From Camelus dromedarius (Eukaryota): a stretch of DNA of 64,000 nucleotides. Shown here one piece after another: positions 35,450 through 49,039 of the stretch. The DNA is taken from contig NC_087447.1 of assembly GCF_036321535.1 (NCBI RefSeq), positions 47,060,001 to 47,124,000 on the forward strand, in the 5' to 3' direction. A program made the position numbers and the translations under genes. Below the pieces are notes generated by a model. That model saw nothing but the letters and a program-made list of their open reading frames with translations. It did no database searches and was not told the DNA's origin. Positions within the stretch are counted from its first letter, which is position 1. Each line of letters begins with the position of its first letter.

Positions 35450-37320
35450 CTGTCGAATCTAATTGTTTGCATTGAATTGTATATTAATTTAAGAGTTGAC
35501 ATTTTAGTGATATTAAGTCATCCTTTCCAAGAACCTGGTATGTCTTTTCATTTGTCAGATCTTGTTTTATGCCTTTCAATATGATTTTCTATAATTCTGA
35601 ATAGGGAACACATTAATATGCTCTAAAATTTAATTTAAAAGTATAAAAATGAAGATAGTGAATTAAACTTTCCATTGCTGTCTCCCCCCTACCCAACTCC
35701 TCTCTTTCAGAGATATTTTATTTACATATGAGCAGATACATACACCTATTTATTGCAGTTGTGAATGGAATACTTTTGTTATTGTTTCTAGTGGATTATT
35801 GCTAGAATTAAGATATTGATTTTTGTACATGTATCTTTTATTTAGACGCTTACCAAATTTCCTTATTAATGCTAATATAGGTTTTACTATGACCTCTTAG
35901 ATTTCCTAAACACACAGTAACATATCAGCAAAACAAAATAATTTATCTTTTTCCAATATTTATACCAATTATTTTCTTGCCTAATTGCTTTCACCTAAAT
36001 TTTCAAAGCCATGTTGAATCTTGTCATATTTCAGACTTTAATAGAAGTATCTTTAGTATTTGTAATTTAAAGTCTTTGCTGTTGATTTTTGATGAATAGT
36101 TTCTTTTCTTTTTACTTAGAACTTTATCATATCATACTTAAGACTGGAAAATTTTATCAAATGCTTTTTCAGCATATACTGATAAAATGTCTTATCTCCT
36201 TTCATTAAAAAAACTGTTTTGAAGTAATTTTAGACTTACAGAAAAGCTGCAAAAACAATACAAAGAATTCCTGCATACCTTTTACTCAGATTTCCCCAAA
36301 GTTAATACTTTACTTTTGTTTTATCATTCTGTGTATTTTTCTGTGTGTGTGTATACACATGTAGGTGCACATGTGTATAGTTTCCTGAAACATTTGCTAA
36401 TTGTCTATCTTTAATTCTAAATATTTCAAAGTATATTCTCTAAAAACAAGGATATTCTTACATAATCATGTATTGTCAAAATAGTAAAATTAACATTAAT
36501 ATTAATCTACAGATATTTAAATACTTTTTAAGTTCTCGATGTCGTGGATTACATTAATAAATCTCCTGATGCTTAGGCTTGTACTGCTGAAATATAATCA
36601 CAGTGCACAATTCAACTTAATTTTATTTGGAATTTTTGCATTTATAGTCATAGACGAGATGGCATTATTTTTGGCAATTTATCAGGTTTGAGCATTAATC
36701 TTACGCTGGCCTTTAAAAGTCAAATGAACATCTTCCATCTTTTCCCGTGATCTGAAGCAGTTCATATAGTAATTATACTCATCTATTTTTTGGGCTGGGT
36801 GATGGTTACAGTGGTGTTCACTTTGTGATAGCTCACTGAACTGTGCGCTTGTAATCTGTGCACTTTTCCATATATATTTCAATTTAAAAAGTTTAAATGA
36901 ATGCAATTAAAGCACCTCTCCAATTTCTCCTTTTGGTAACGTTAACTGGTCTACTCAAACTATGTCTTGGGTCAGTGTTTGCTTGGAAATGATCTATCAG
37001 CTTTGTTTCCAAAATTGTGGCCACAGAGTTCTCCTAATATTATTTTAAATTCTTCCACATATATGGTTACATCTGATTTCTCATGCCTAACCTTGTTTTG
37101 GTTTTTGCTTTGCTCTTTTTCCCTTTATCAGGCTGAGGAGGTTTTATCTATTTTATTGGTGTTTTCAAAAAGAATCATTTTCTATTTATCCTTTCTTTTT
37201 TTCATTCCTACTTAACTTCAGGTTTTATCTTTAATTGATCCATTTTCTGTTCACTTATGGTTTAAATGTGTTTTTTTCCCTCAATTTCTAGAACAATCAC
37301 TACACATCTTTGAGTTTTTC
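35450..37320 (-). mobile_element. Highly diverged L1ME-like fragments
   Basis: AT/T-rich sequence with reverse L1 ORF2-like motifs (GATATTGATTTTTGTACATGTATCTT; TTTTATCAAATGCTTTTTCAGCAT). Confidence 0.5.
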
Positions 37321-38109
37321 CTTTTGAACAATAAAGATGTTACATTTTCATTTCAGTCCAGCCTCATGCATTCCTGGATACTCAGTAAGTTATCTGGGTC
37401 TTACTTTTTCCCCATTCGCTCAGGGTCTGGCAGGTCCTGGCCACAAGGACATGACAAACTTGTGCTCAGTGAACAAATAATACTGTTTTTATCCTGGGAC
37501 TCACTATGAAGATCTGTGTTCACTGCAGGGCCCACCATCCAAATATGTGGAGCAGCCATCATGTGATGGTTCTGTGCCAGCTTCTATGAATAGGATAGTG
37601 AGTAGAATAATTGGGTATCTGCCCTCTTGGATCTTACACTCTAATGACAAAGACAGACATAGAACAAGTAATGCAGGTGAGCTGAGTACTCCATCTAGAA
37701 GGCTATGGAAGTGTAAGGCAGGGGTCCAACAACACCTCGCAGGTCTAGCTAAGAATCCCTAGAAGAAGTGATACTCAAGTTCCTCATAATATGAGGGTAT
37801 TCCCTGTCCCCTCTCTTCCCCTCAGAAAGGCGGCCATTGGGTTTTCTTGTATAAAAGTTATCTGGTTTTGAGTTACATGCCTGCTGCTCCTGGCCACAGT
37901 TGATTGACCCAAGGGACTGACAGCCAGGCATAAGAACTTTATCCAACAGGAATGTTCCATACATCTATACATACAGGATGGTCACTGACTGACTGAATTA
38001 GAGCCTCTAAGGGAAGTCTGAACAAAAAACAGAGTGAAAGGAGAAGAAACAGAGACAGCAGGAGAGGGAGAAGCAGAAAAAGGACAGTAAAGTCATAATA
38101 ATGGCACGT

Positions 38110-39400
38110 CACAAACCCTTTGATACTGGATCAGAACTGCAGGCATCAATATGGACTCATGGTTTTTAATAACGTACTGATGGACAGATACAATAATAAA
38201 TTCAGTTGTGTGGTGATACATATGTTAACATACACACATATATTTCTCAGCTCTTTGTGCTGAAAGGGCCTAGAAGCAATGACACTCCAGTAGCAATGAA
38301 TACCCACCTAGTACCCAAATCTTGGTTTCTAACTACCATCCTCAAGTAAAAGGAACCTGGAGCTCCTTAGGAAAATGGCTGATGTCAGGGCTGGGACAAA
38401 AAAATATGAGTGAGTTTGGAACATCTTGTGGTGCCAGAAAGTAAGGAAATACTGAAAAAAAAAAATGATGAAGCAATGTTGAAACAACACAGGAGCCAAC
38501 TTAAGAGTTCCCAATGACCAAATCTAGGCCAATATGAGCAACAAAACAAACTACATTAGTGTTAGATTATAAACCATGGACTAAAATATGCTCGTTTATA
38601 CTGATATACATTATTGAATAAACAAGCAGAGGAAAAGAGACAGCTGTTCCCTACAGTAGAATATCAATAGATATAGATGGATAAGCAAACAGAAAGTCAT
38701 CATTAGGCAAATACAACATTAATGCTTGTTATAAGCAAGAACTGTTGATGAATGCTGAAGTCAGTGGGCAAAATTTAAGGATAAATAAGATATTTGTATA
38801 ATGTCAAAGTATCTTCCCATGAGATTCTTAATTATTTCAAAGAGGAAATTAGTAACCTTATAGTGGAGAACCTGGTATACACAACCTCAGCCATGTGCCC
38901 CTTGCTATGAGGCACTAGGAAGGGCACAACATCACTTCTGGGCTAGTCTTGCCCAAAATGTAGACATTCAATCTAATCATGTGAAAACAGCAGACACACC
39001 AAAATTAAGGGAAATTCTACAAATTAACTGACTTGGACATTGCAAAACTGTCACGGTCATAAAAGGCAAAGAAAGATGCAGGAATTGTCACAGGCTGAAG
39101 GAGATGAAGGAAACACAACAAAATGCAACTAAGTTTCTGGATTGGATCATGGACCAGAAAAAGGTTATCAGTGGGGAAAATGGTGAAATGTGAATGTCTA
39201 CAGGTTAGTTAGGAGTATTGTATTATGGTAATTTCGTGGTTTTAATAATTATACTATAACTTAATAATTATTTAAGACATTAACATCAGGAGAAGCTAGG
39301 TGAAGCTGCATAGGAACTCAACTACTTCTGCAACTTCCTGTAAGTCTAAAATTATTTCAGAGTAAGTAAAAAAAAATTAATAAAAAATTTTAAAAAGGCA
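38110..39400 (+). mobile_element. L1MC-like 3' end
   Basis: GGGCCTAGAAGCAATGACACTCCAGTAGCAATGA; CTGGATTGGATCATGGACCAGAAAAAG; CTGCAACTTCCTGTAAGTCTAAAATTATTTCA plus A-tail. Confidence 0.72.
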
Positions 39401-39798
39401 TTCACTAAGGTAAGAAGCAGCACAAATCCTTGAGGGGCTGGACAGTGACTGCTAAAGCATCTGCTGGGAGCCCATGTTCTGGTTCTGACTGCCTCAGACC
39501 CACCATGCTGTCATCACATTCTCCCATCACCCAAAAGACTTTTGATTCCTGCCCCCATTTTCTGCTTCTTGAAAGAGATTTTCTAACACCAAAAGAGGGT
39601 TCCAAAATGGCCCCGCAGGGGGAGGGTGATGGGGTGGTCATCAATGATGGCTACTGCAGAGGATGCTCCAGGATGCACCAAGCCTTTCTGTGCCCTGCTA
39701 AGCTGAGGCTGAAACATATCTGGTCTGTGGAATGTCCTTGGGGGATGGCGTGCAGACCCCTGCTTAGTGACTAACATGCAGACTGCATGGGGGTGCTG

Positions 39799-39804
39799 TT
39801 TATT
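39799..39804 (-). terminator. CLPB: Candidate distal CLPB poly(A) signal
   Basis: TTTATT (AATAAA on -) about 870 nt past the stop codon. Confidence 0.55.
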
Positions 39805-40632
39805 CCAGGCTCACTTACCTGGGACCACAGCATAGATGGGGCTGAGGCAGACTCCATGGCCATCTGGGCAGAGCCTAACCCCACAATCCGTTCCTCTATA
39901 GCTCCCCAGTGTCTATGCTATTAGTCTCCTGAAGGAGGCCCCATAGAGCTGAGCTTGCTTGGTCACTGAGCACTTCTGTTCAGTTCCAGTATAGTGCCCC
40001 AGTCAGCCTTCCTCCTAAAGGTGCCCTATTCTGGCCTAGTTCCAAGGCTGGAGAAACATGGTTTGGTCTGAGAAATAGCAGCTATGACATGGCAGTGGGA
40101 GACGGAAGGGTTCTGTGAGTCCCTTCCCCTTGGAATTTTAGGCATGGGAAAGAGGAAGCTATGGCCTAAAGGCAGAACCTCTGTGCCTGGGTCTCTGCCC
40201 TCTTTTACTCCCAGTTGAGACATTCTGGGGACTCAGTTGCATGAAGACCAGCAGAGGGTGGCAGCTCAAGCCTGGTCTCTTTTCCCAGCCAGTTCTGTTC
40301 TTAGCTGCCATACTTCTGAGCTTCCAGGAAACAAGATAAAGCCCCAGAGACTCTGGGACATGGGGATCACCCTGAAGGACAGAGATAAGGGACCTCTCTC
40401 TTCTCCCTGCCTTGAAGGGGATGGAGGGACAGCTCCTCTCCCAGAGACCTGTTAGCACATTTGGGGCTTACAACAAAGGGGCCAGAGGAGGGCAGAATTT
40501 CTGCTTTTGACTTTGGGGCTGAGAAGGGGTCTTTCAGGGCCTGTGAGGAAGTAAGAGGCCTTAGGCTGGATGGAGAGGAGTGAGAGGCATGAAGAGAAGG
40601 TAGGCTGGTTACCATGCTACAGCCGAGGGGCT

Positions 40633-40638
40633 TTTATT
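40633..40638 (-). terminator. CLPB: Candidate proximal CLPB poly(A) signal
   Basis: TTTATT (AATAAA on -) about 37 nt past the stop codon. Confidence 0.45.
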
Positions 40639-40674
40639 GGGTGTTGAGGGCACATATAGGCAGGTAGGCAGATG

Positions 40675-40974
<300 letters not shown>

Positions 40975-41291
40975 CTATCACTTACTGCTCAGGCAGGTAC
41001 TTACTCAAAGCTTCAATTTTCTCATCTGCAAAGGGCTAACAGCGCATAGCTTGCAGGACTGCGCTAATGACTGAGTAATGGCTCGGGTTCCCAGTTCAGT
41101 ACCCCATGCGGGTAGGGGTGCATACTCAGTTACCTCCAGGATAGAGGTTTTACTTAACCACACTGTTTTCGGTTCTGAAGGGACATCTGCTCTGGGTAAG
41201 AAAAATTCCAGTCTGTCTGGACAGGCTGCAAGCACAGGGAATGGATCTGAGGCACCAGGGAGGGAGGTGTGGCAGTGCCTCACTTCTCTCA

Positions 41292-41779
<488 letters not shown>

Positions 41780-41864
41780 TCAGTGACCCAGAATGGGTAA
41801 GGAATTACTGGACCCCACTGGGGAATATGTGGGATGCGGGGCTTCCATATCTTCACAATGGCTA

Positions 41865-42014
<150 letters not shown>

Positions 42015-42804
42015 CTACTTGCCACACCTGGGGACCTTTGGGAGCTGTGCCCACTGCTTGGCTCCACCCATGAAAGAAGTTCCAGTCCTGCCCCTGATGG
42101 TCTGTGTGATCCTGGTCAAGGTCTCAGGCTCTCTGGGCCTTGGCCTTCTCTTCACCTGCACAATGAGAAGACTGGACTGGGTACTTTCTAGGCCCGTTCA
42201 GTGCTTATGAACTGGCAGGAACTGTATGAAGGAGGAAAGGGGATAGGAGAAGAGTCAGGACCAAGACTTGAGTTCTGACTTATAAGAAGGGGACTGGAGG
42301 GTTCAATCCTAAATAGAAAGAAAGGTGACAGACTCAGCTCCCTGCCTCACACAGTCCTCCTTTCCAGCACTCTCCAGGGCTCACCTATGTAGGAAGCTTC
42401 CCTGGCTGAAAAAGGCTGTGCCCACCCCATACAATTTCTGATCTGTTGTCCGGTTGTTGCACCAAAGTGTCTCTATCTGTTGAGTGTGTCTCCTCAGTCC
42501 CCTTAGACCCTGTCTTCTTCCTGGCCCCTTGCCCTGGGGTGGCTCTGTCCATTCCTTTGTCTGGAGCCCTCCTGTCACTCAAGAGACTTGAGGCTTTCTC
42601 AAGGAAGTGAGGGCACTGTCTGTCTGTCTCCCTCTACTATCTGGTAGGACGCATGGTGTCTGCTCAGGGCCAGCTGGGGACAAAGATGCCTACCAGGACC
42701 CTTGCCTGGCTCCAGGACCCCAATGCCATCCTTGCCCCCAGGAGACATGCTGGCGGTCTGGTCACTTGCCCAGTTGCCCAGACAGCTCAGGCCAAGTGCC
42801 ATAC

Positions 42805-42961
42805 CAAGGTTCTCAGCTATCCGGTTATGACTCATCTCCAAAGCCTCCTGCCTCAGCTGGAGCGCATGCTGTGCAATCTCGTCGCTGGCCACGTTGGAGG
42901 TCATGATGAAGATGGCGTCCTTGCAGTCGATGGTCTTCCCTTTTCCATCTGTTAGCCGGCC
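42805..42961 (-). CDS. CLPB: CLPB coding exon (sensor-1 MTSN)
   Basis: [63 protein letters not shown]; 157 nt. Confidence 0.96.
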
Positions 42962-45900
42962 CTGGGAAGGAGCAGTGACAGCATGGTCATGAAGCAGTAC
43001 GGCTGGGCACCTCTTCCAGGAGGTCTCTCCAGAACTCCTCTGCCTCCCCGTCCCCCTGGCAGAGTCAGCTGCTCCCTTCTCTGGGTTCTCTGAGCACTGT
43101 TCTCGCACCTGGGCTGCACTGCTCACCAGCTGAGAGTGCCCCCTGGCGAGACTGCACCTGCTGTCTGGCATCTCTCAGGGCACCCAGAAGCCAGCCTGAT
43201 TACACATGCATCCATCCAACACTCTCTCTTAGAGGCCCACTCTGGGCCAGGCTCTGTGTTGGGGCACTGAGCCTTCGACATGCTCCCAGTCTAGAGAAAG
43301 AGTGAAGCCAGGAAACAAACAGTGACAGTTCTGTGGGTTAAGCGTTATGATAAAGAAGCCAGGCTGCTGTAGGAGGTCCCAGGAGGGTATTCTATAGGGC
43401 CACTGTGAGGACCAGACACATGAATTGAAACAGGTATAATCACTGCATCTTTGGAGCCATCCTCTAGTCTGGGATAGAAAATAAGATTCTTCCTTTAACC
43501 AACTTGAGAAGTTCCCTTGGAATCTTTAGCTCTTTCTAGAAGTGAAGTGACATAGAAGAAAGCATCATTACTAGACACAGATGCACCAAGGAAAGAGAAA
43601 AGGGACAACAGCAGACGGAAGAGACAAAAGAATGAGAAAAGTGTAGCTGTCTGGGGCCATTCAGTTCAAGGGCAAGGAACTCTACCCACTCAGCAAGCCT
43701 CGATGATGGTACAACCACACTTTGCAGTCATTTACAAAAAAGCAATGATCAGAGCCTCACTGAGAGGAACTGATGGGAGTCTGACTCCGATGTGCACGTC
43801 CACTACCCTGCTTAGTGTCTTCTGTGCATTGCTGCACTCTGCCCACTAGAACGTTGCTCTATGAGGGCAGAGGCTGGGTCTTATTCTCACTGGGTCCTAG
43901 CGCAGAGTCTTGCATAGCAGGTGTTCAGTAATTGTTTGCTGAATACTTGAATCCTCACAACCACTACAAAGAAACTGAAGCTCAGAGAGGTTAAGTAACT
44001 TGTTCAAGGTCTCCCAGCTAGAATATAGTGGAGCTGAGGTTCTACTAAACTGTCTGACCCCAGAACCCACCAGTGTGCCAGGCTACTGGGGTCATACCAA
44101 CACTGTGGGATAAATAAAGCCTCATGCGATTTTCCTTCCCTAAATAAAAATTTCTCAGAATTCTCCCAAATTCATTTTGCATCCTTTGAGTCTTTGGCAA
44201 TAAAATGTGTCCCAAAGAGGGAGAGAAGTAATTGGGACAGGTGTGAGGAGAGGCAGATCTGCCTGGGAATTTCTCTGGGTTGCAGACAAAGCACAGATCC
44301 TGCCAAATCAGAGAACATGGCTCTGGGAATAGGTCGCTGACCTCAGCCAGTTGGCGCCTGCCTGAACCAGCAATGCTGGGCCCTGCCTCAGCCTCAGCTG
44401 GTAACCAATCCTCCTTGAGTGTTTCCCTTTCCTGCTGGTATGGGTCTCACTCAAGGTCAGCCCTTGTTTCTAAAGCCCTCGCAAAGGCAGACCAGCCCTG
44501 GCCTTCAGAGGTGAAAAGGGAAGGAATATGCATTAACTGAGCACCTACTGTGTGCTGGGCATGGTACCAAGTGCTTTTATGCCTTGCTTTACACTGGTCC
44601 TTGGCACAGGCCTCTCACTAAGTTCCAAGGGGGTCTATTCAAAAGAGGCCTCAAGATCCAGGGCCCGATCACTCTCCTGTCCTGGTCTTGAGTGAGAAGA
44701 GGGGAAGGCAAGGGTGCAAGTGGATGTTTTTGAGTGTGGCCATTAGCCTCCCACTTCACCCTTTGCTTATTGGTTACAACATAACAGAATCCACTGAGGG
44801 TAATTCTAGTTTTGGGGACCTGTTCTGCATGTGTGTGATGTACCAAAGTGCATGCAGATGACACCGTGAGCTTGTGCAGAGCTCAACCCCGAGGACTGAG
44901 CACACTGCTGCCAAAACAATAACCGTTTCATTCTGAGAGATCAAAGCTCTGCTCATAACTGGGCCTGAGGATGGGTCCCAGGTGGGTGAGGGGAGCAGGT
45001 GCAGTGTATGAATGACCCAAGAGGTTACTCTCACAGTGCTCATGTCTCCTTCTCCTCCGAGTCTTTGGCAATAAAATGTGTCCCAAAGAGGGAGCTGTCA
45101 CTGTCCCACCTTTCAGCAATGACTGCAATGAACACATCTTGGGTGGGGCATGAATGCTCACCCCAGGGTGATAGGGGCTGCTTTCCCACTGCTCCGTCCT
45201 TGAAGGGAGGAGTAGGGGTAGCTTCCTGAGGGTCAGACTCATCCTGGGACTCCTGCCCTGTGCTGTAGGCTCTGGGGTCAACTGGGAAGAGACCTGCATT
45301 AGCCCTGCTTGGTATTTTGGTGAGAGCATTAGGGATCCTGCTCTTCCAGGTCCAGAATTGGGAGAATCGAGCTAGATATGGGGGGCTTTCCCTATGACCC
45401 AAGAATGGATCAGGTACCCTTATAATTCCTACTTATCCTAGAGCAACACTCACTACAGTGGCTGAACTGCTTTTTGCTACCCGTCTGCCCCCTCGCTCAC
45501 AAACACTGAGGCAGGGACTGTCTATTCTGCCTGGTCCATTCTGCCCTGCACATTTCTCAGTTAGGCTCTGAACTCTCTGGCAATTCCCTCTTTGGCTCCT
45601 TCCGGAGAGGCTGCAAGGCTCTGCTTTTCCCTGCTCTTCACTGCACACCATATTCCCACTGTGGTTTCCGTTACCTTCTCTGTGCTAGAGCATTCCCGAA
45701 CCTCTACTTCCGGTGCAGACCTCTCCTGTGCTCCAGATCTCTCCAACTTATGAGCGGCCTCTTGGACATCTCCATCTGGCTTTGCTCCCAGCATCTCATT
45801 TTCAACAATTCCAAACCTCAGCTCCTTACCTTCCTCGCCAACCTGCTGCTCATTCCCCTGCGTTCCCTCCCTCAGCTGAAAGCAGCAGCAGCCACGGGTT

Positions 45901-46814
45901 AGCCAGGCCAAAAGTCCTGCTGCTGGTCAACCTTGGCCCCTCCATCTCTCCTCCCATCCAATCACTGAGCCCTGCATAGTCAACCTCCCAGGAGCTCTCA
46001 CTGGTCCCTCTTCTTCCTTCTAGGCCATTCTCCTGCCTACAGGATCTTCATAAAGTGAAAACCTGATCAATATTTCTCTCTTGCTTAAAGTCTTTAAAGG
46101 CTCCTTACAATCCACCAAATAAATCCACACTCCTTTCCCTGGCATTTTAACTTGCCTTTGTCTACCTTACCCACCTGATCCCCACCATTCTGCTCTTACT
46201 TTCCCTCTGCAGTCAAGCAATACTGAACAGCTGTAGTTCCCCAGATATACCAGGCTGCTTCAAGCCCCTCTGCTTCTGCACATTAGGTGTCTACTGCCGG
46301 CCCTCTCCACTCTGTTTACCCGACAAACATTTACTCATCCTTGTAATGTTTGCTGAATTACTGTTAAATTATCTTAGTCTAAAGAGCATTTCCCCTGATG
46401 CTGTGGGCTGAGAGTCAGATAAGGTCTCTGTCCTCAAGGAGCAAAAATACATAAATCTGGCTAAGTAAACTCGGATGACAGCTTTGGTCAACGGAACCAA
46501 GGGCATAAACATCTGTAGTAGAAACTGTAGTAGGCTGGTGGGGGCTGTAGGAAGGCCTTATTACCAACTCCCAAAGGCAGTCAGCAGTGACAGCAGCAGG
46601 GGAGGGGTGACAGGGCTTACACACAGGAGCAGTAAGCATCTAGGTGGGGCTGGTTGTATTTCAGTCAGCAGCTGCCTTTCCTCTTTCTGGACCAAGAACC
46701 TCTCCAGGGACGTGAGAGGCCAAACAGGCTGCTGCGCTCACCCTCCCTGTGAATGCTTCACTCCAGATTTACCTCTCTCTTTTGGCCCTGGCTGCACGGT
46801 AGTTACATTTAAGC

Positions 46815-47025
46815 TGCAGGCTCTGGAACTGGACTGCCTCTGTTCAAATCCTAGATTCCTTCTTCCCAGCTGTGTGACCACAGGTAAGTTAGTTAATCTC
46901 ACTTTACTTCAGTTTTTACATCTGTTACATGGAAGTAGTAATACTATTTTCATAGGGTTGTTGGGAGATTAAAGGAATTGATACATGCAAATTTCTTAGG
47001 ATAGTGCCTAGCACACAAAGTAAAA
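46815..47025 (+). mobile_element. MIR SINE in CLPB intron (further MIR/L2 remnants near 43960, 47670, 50510, 51010, 53740, 58750, 59050)
   Basis: GGCTCTGGAACTGGACTGCCTCTGTTCAAATCCTAGATTCC..CAGCTGTGTGACCACAGGTAAGTTAGTTAATCTC..CATAGGGTTGTTGGGAGATTAAA. Confidence 0.8.
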
Positions 47026-48469
47026 AACTGTCAACATCTCCTTTCCGCCTGTTTACTAGGCAGGGACTCCCAGAGGGCAGGTTTGGGTCTGGTTCAGAGC
47101 TGTGTGCCTGAGTCCTGTTAAGAGGCTAGAATGGAGTGGGAGGTCTCAGAGTACAAGTGCACAGGTGTGGGAAACAGAATATGTGACCTTTGAAGGACTG
47201 GTCTTCATTCCTCAGTGGGGGTCTGTGGACAGGGAGTAGCTGAGAGGCTGGAAAGACAACAATAAAACTGGGGCAGGGGCAAGGATGCTGGGCTGGGTGG
47301 GGAAGGCAGTGGGCAGCTATGGGCACTTTGGAGCTGGGTCTTCCTGGCTTGGTACCTGATATGTTATGTGGTCCAGGGGTGTCCCTTCTTGCATTTCATT
47401 AGTGCAGCTGGGACATGGGAAGCAAAACTCCTTTCCATTTTCCCAGCACTGGAGGGGACTAAGTGGAAAGCTGGGCTGGATTCCACCTGGTTATGTGCTG
47501 GCTAATCCAGATCCTGCATGGGAGCAGACAGGAGGCCTCATCCCTGGCTCTATAGGGCGCCTGGAAAAGGTGGCAGTCAGCCCCTCCCATGATCATATGC
47601 TCTCCCTCCCCAGCTCAAGGTAAGGAGTGGTCCAGATGGGGAGAACTGGGGCTCTGGGACCAGATCTATCTGCAGCCCACTTCTGGCTCCTCCACACAGT
47701 AGCTCTGTGGCCCTGGGCAAGTCATTTATAATCTCACTGAACCTCAGTTTCTTCACCTGTAAAAAATGATTTCTTTCTTGCCCAGCTATTGTGATGATTA
47801 GCGGTAATGTCTGTAAAGTCTTTAGCACAAAACTTACCTAGCATGTGCTGAATAAGAGGGAGCTGTTCTCATTTACAGCTCACTCCACCATTTGTGGAGG
47901 GAGACTGTCCTCGTTTTTGAGGAGCCTGGAGCTCCTCAGGAGAAAAGGACACCACCATACCATCATCATCACCATCATAGACAGCAACACATTATTGGCA
48001 TTTAAACAACTGGTGAAGATGATGGTTGACACACAGGGAGGAGCAGGGGCTGTCTGAGCCAGAAAGGTTCTTGGAGCTTGTCTTGGATCTAGCCTCCCTG
48101 TTTGTTGCATGAGGTCCCTGATGCTTAGAGATGGAGCAGAGCTGGAACTAAAAATTCAGGTCTCTCTCCCTCTGGGTTCCTTTGCCCTACTCTGTCTCTG
48201 TAGAAGGTAGCCTGGGCAACCACAACATTTCAACTCATGGGCAGTGCTCATCTTCCCTCTCCCTTGGGTGCCCAGTGTGGGCCCTGATCCAGAGAGGAGG
48301 TGAAGCCACATCTGCAAAATGACTGAACATACACGTTCAGTTTTTTTATTAAGAGCAGAACGTTGAGAAATGATCAACTCTGGGTCCTTGGGTCCTGGTA
48401 TTCACAGTGCCCTGTCCCTCCAGCTGTGCACGCCCATCCCCCTCCATATTGGCCCAAGCCGACTTTCAC

Positions 48470-48631
48470 CTCATCAAACAGCTGCAACATGATGGTGAGC
48501 ACATCTGGATGGGCCTTGTCCACCTCATCGAAGAGCACCACGGCGTTGGGGCACTGCTTCAGCTTTTTCGTCAGCTGGCCACCCTCCTCGTGGCCGATGT
48601 AGCCTGGTGGGGACCCGATAAACTTGGCCAC
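48470..48631 (-). CDS. CLPB: CLPB coding exon (pore loop GYIG and Walker B)
   Basis: [65 protein letters not shown]; 162 nt. Confidence 0.97.
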
Positions 48632-48994
48632 CTGGTAGAAGGAAGGAAATATGTTAGGTAGGCTTTCCTATGCTTTTAGTTTCCAATATGGGGCATGCAC
48701 AGGAAGGTGGCTTTATATACTGTTAAGACTGCTTGTCTCAACAAAGACAGGCTGTCTCCTGGGGTGGAAGGAATCCGCTGTGATGGGAGAGCAGATAGAT
48801 CTTTTCTACATTTATTCTTCAGGGCAAATCCTATGCAAAACAGATCAGTGACCCTGCTGCATACGGATGCTCCCTAAGGACAAATCCCAAGGCTGCTGGA
48901 ATTATCTCAGGCCCAAATGACAAGTCACATCAAAATACCCAGGCAGAGTCATGTTGACAGCCTCTCCAAACCACACTTCTCCGAGGACTCTCAC

Positions 48995-49039
48995 CTCATG
49001 CCGCTCCTGGAACTCAGACATGTCTAGCCTGATGAAACC
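48995..49039 (-). CDS. CLPB: CLPB small coding exon
   Basis: TACAG|GFIRLDMSEFQERHE|GTGAGA; 45 nt. Confidence 0.95.
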
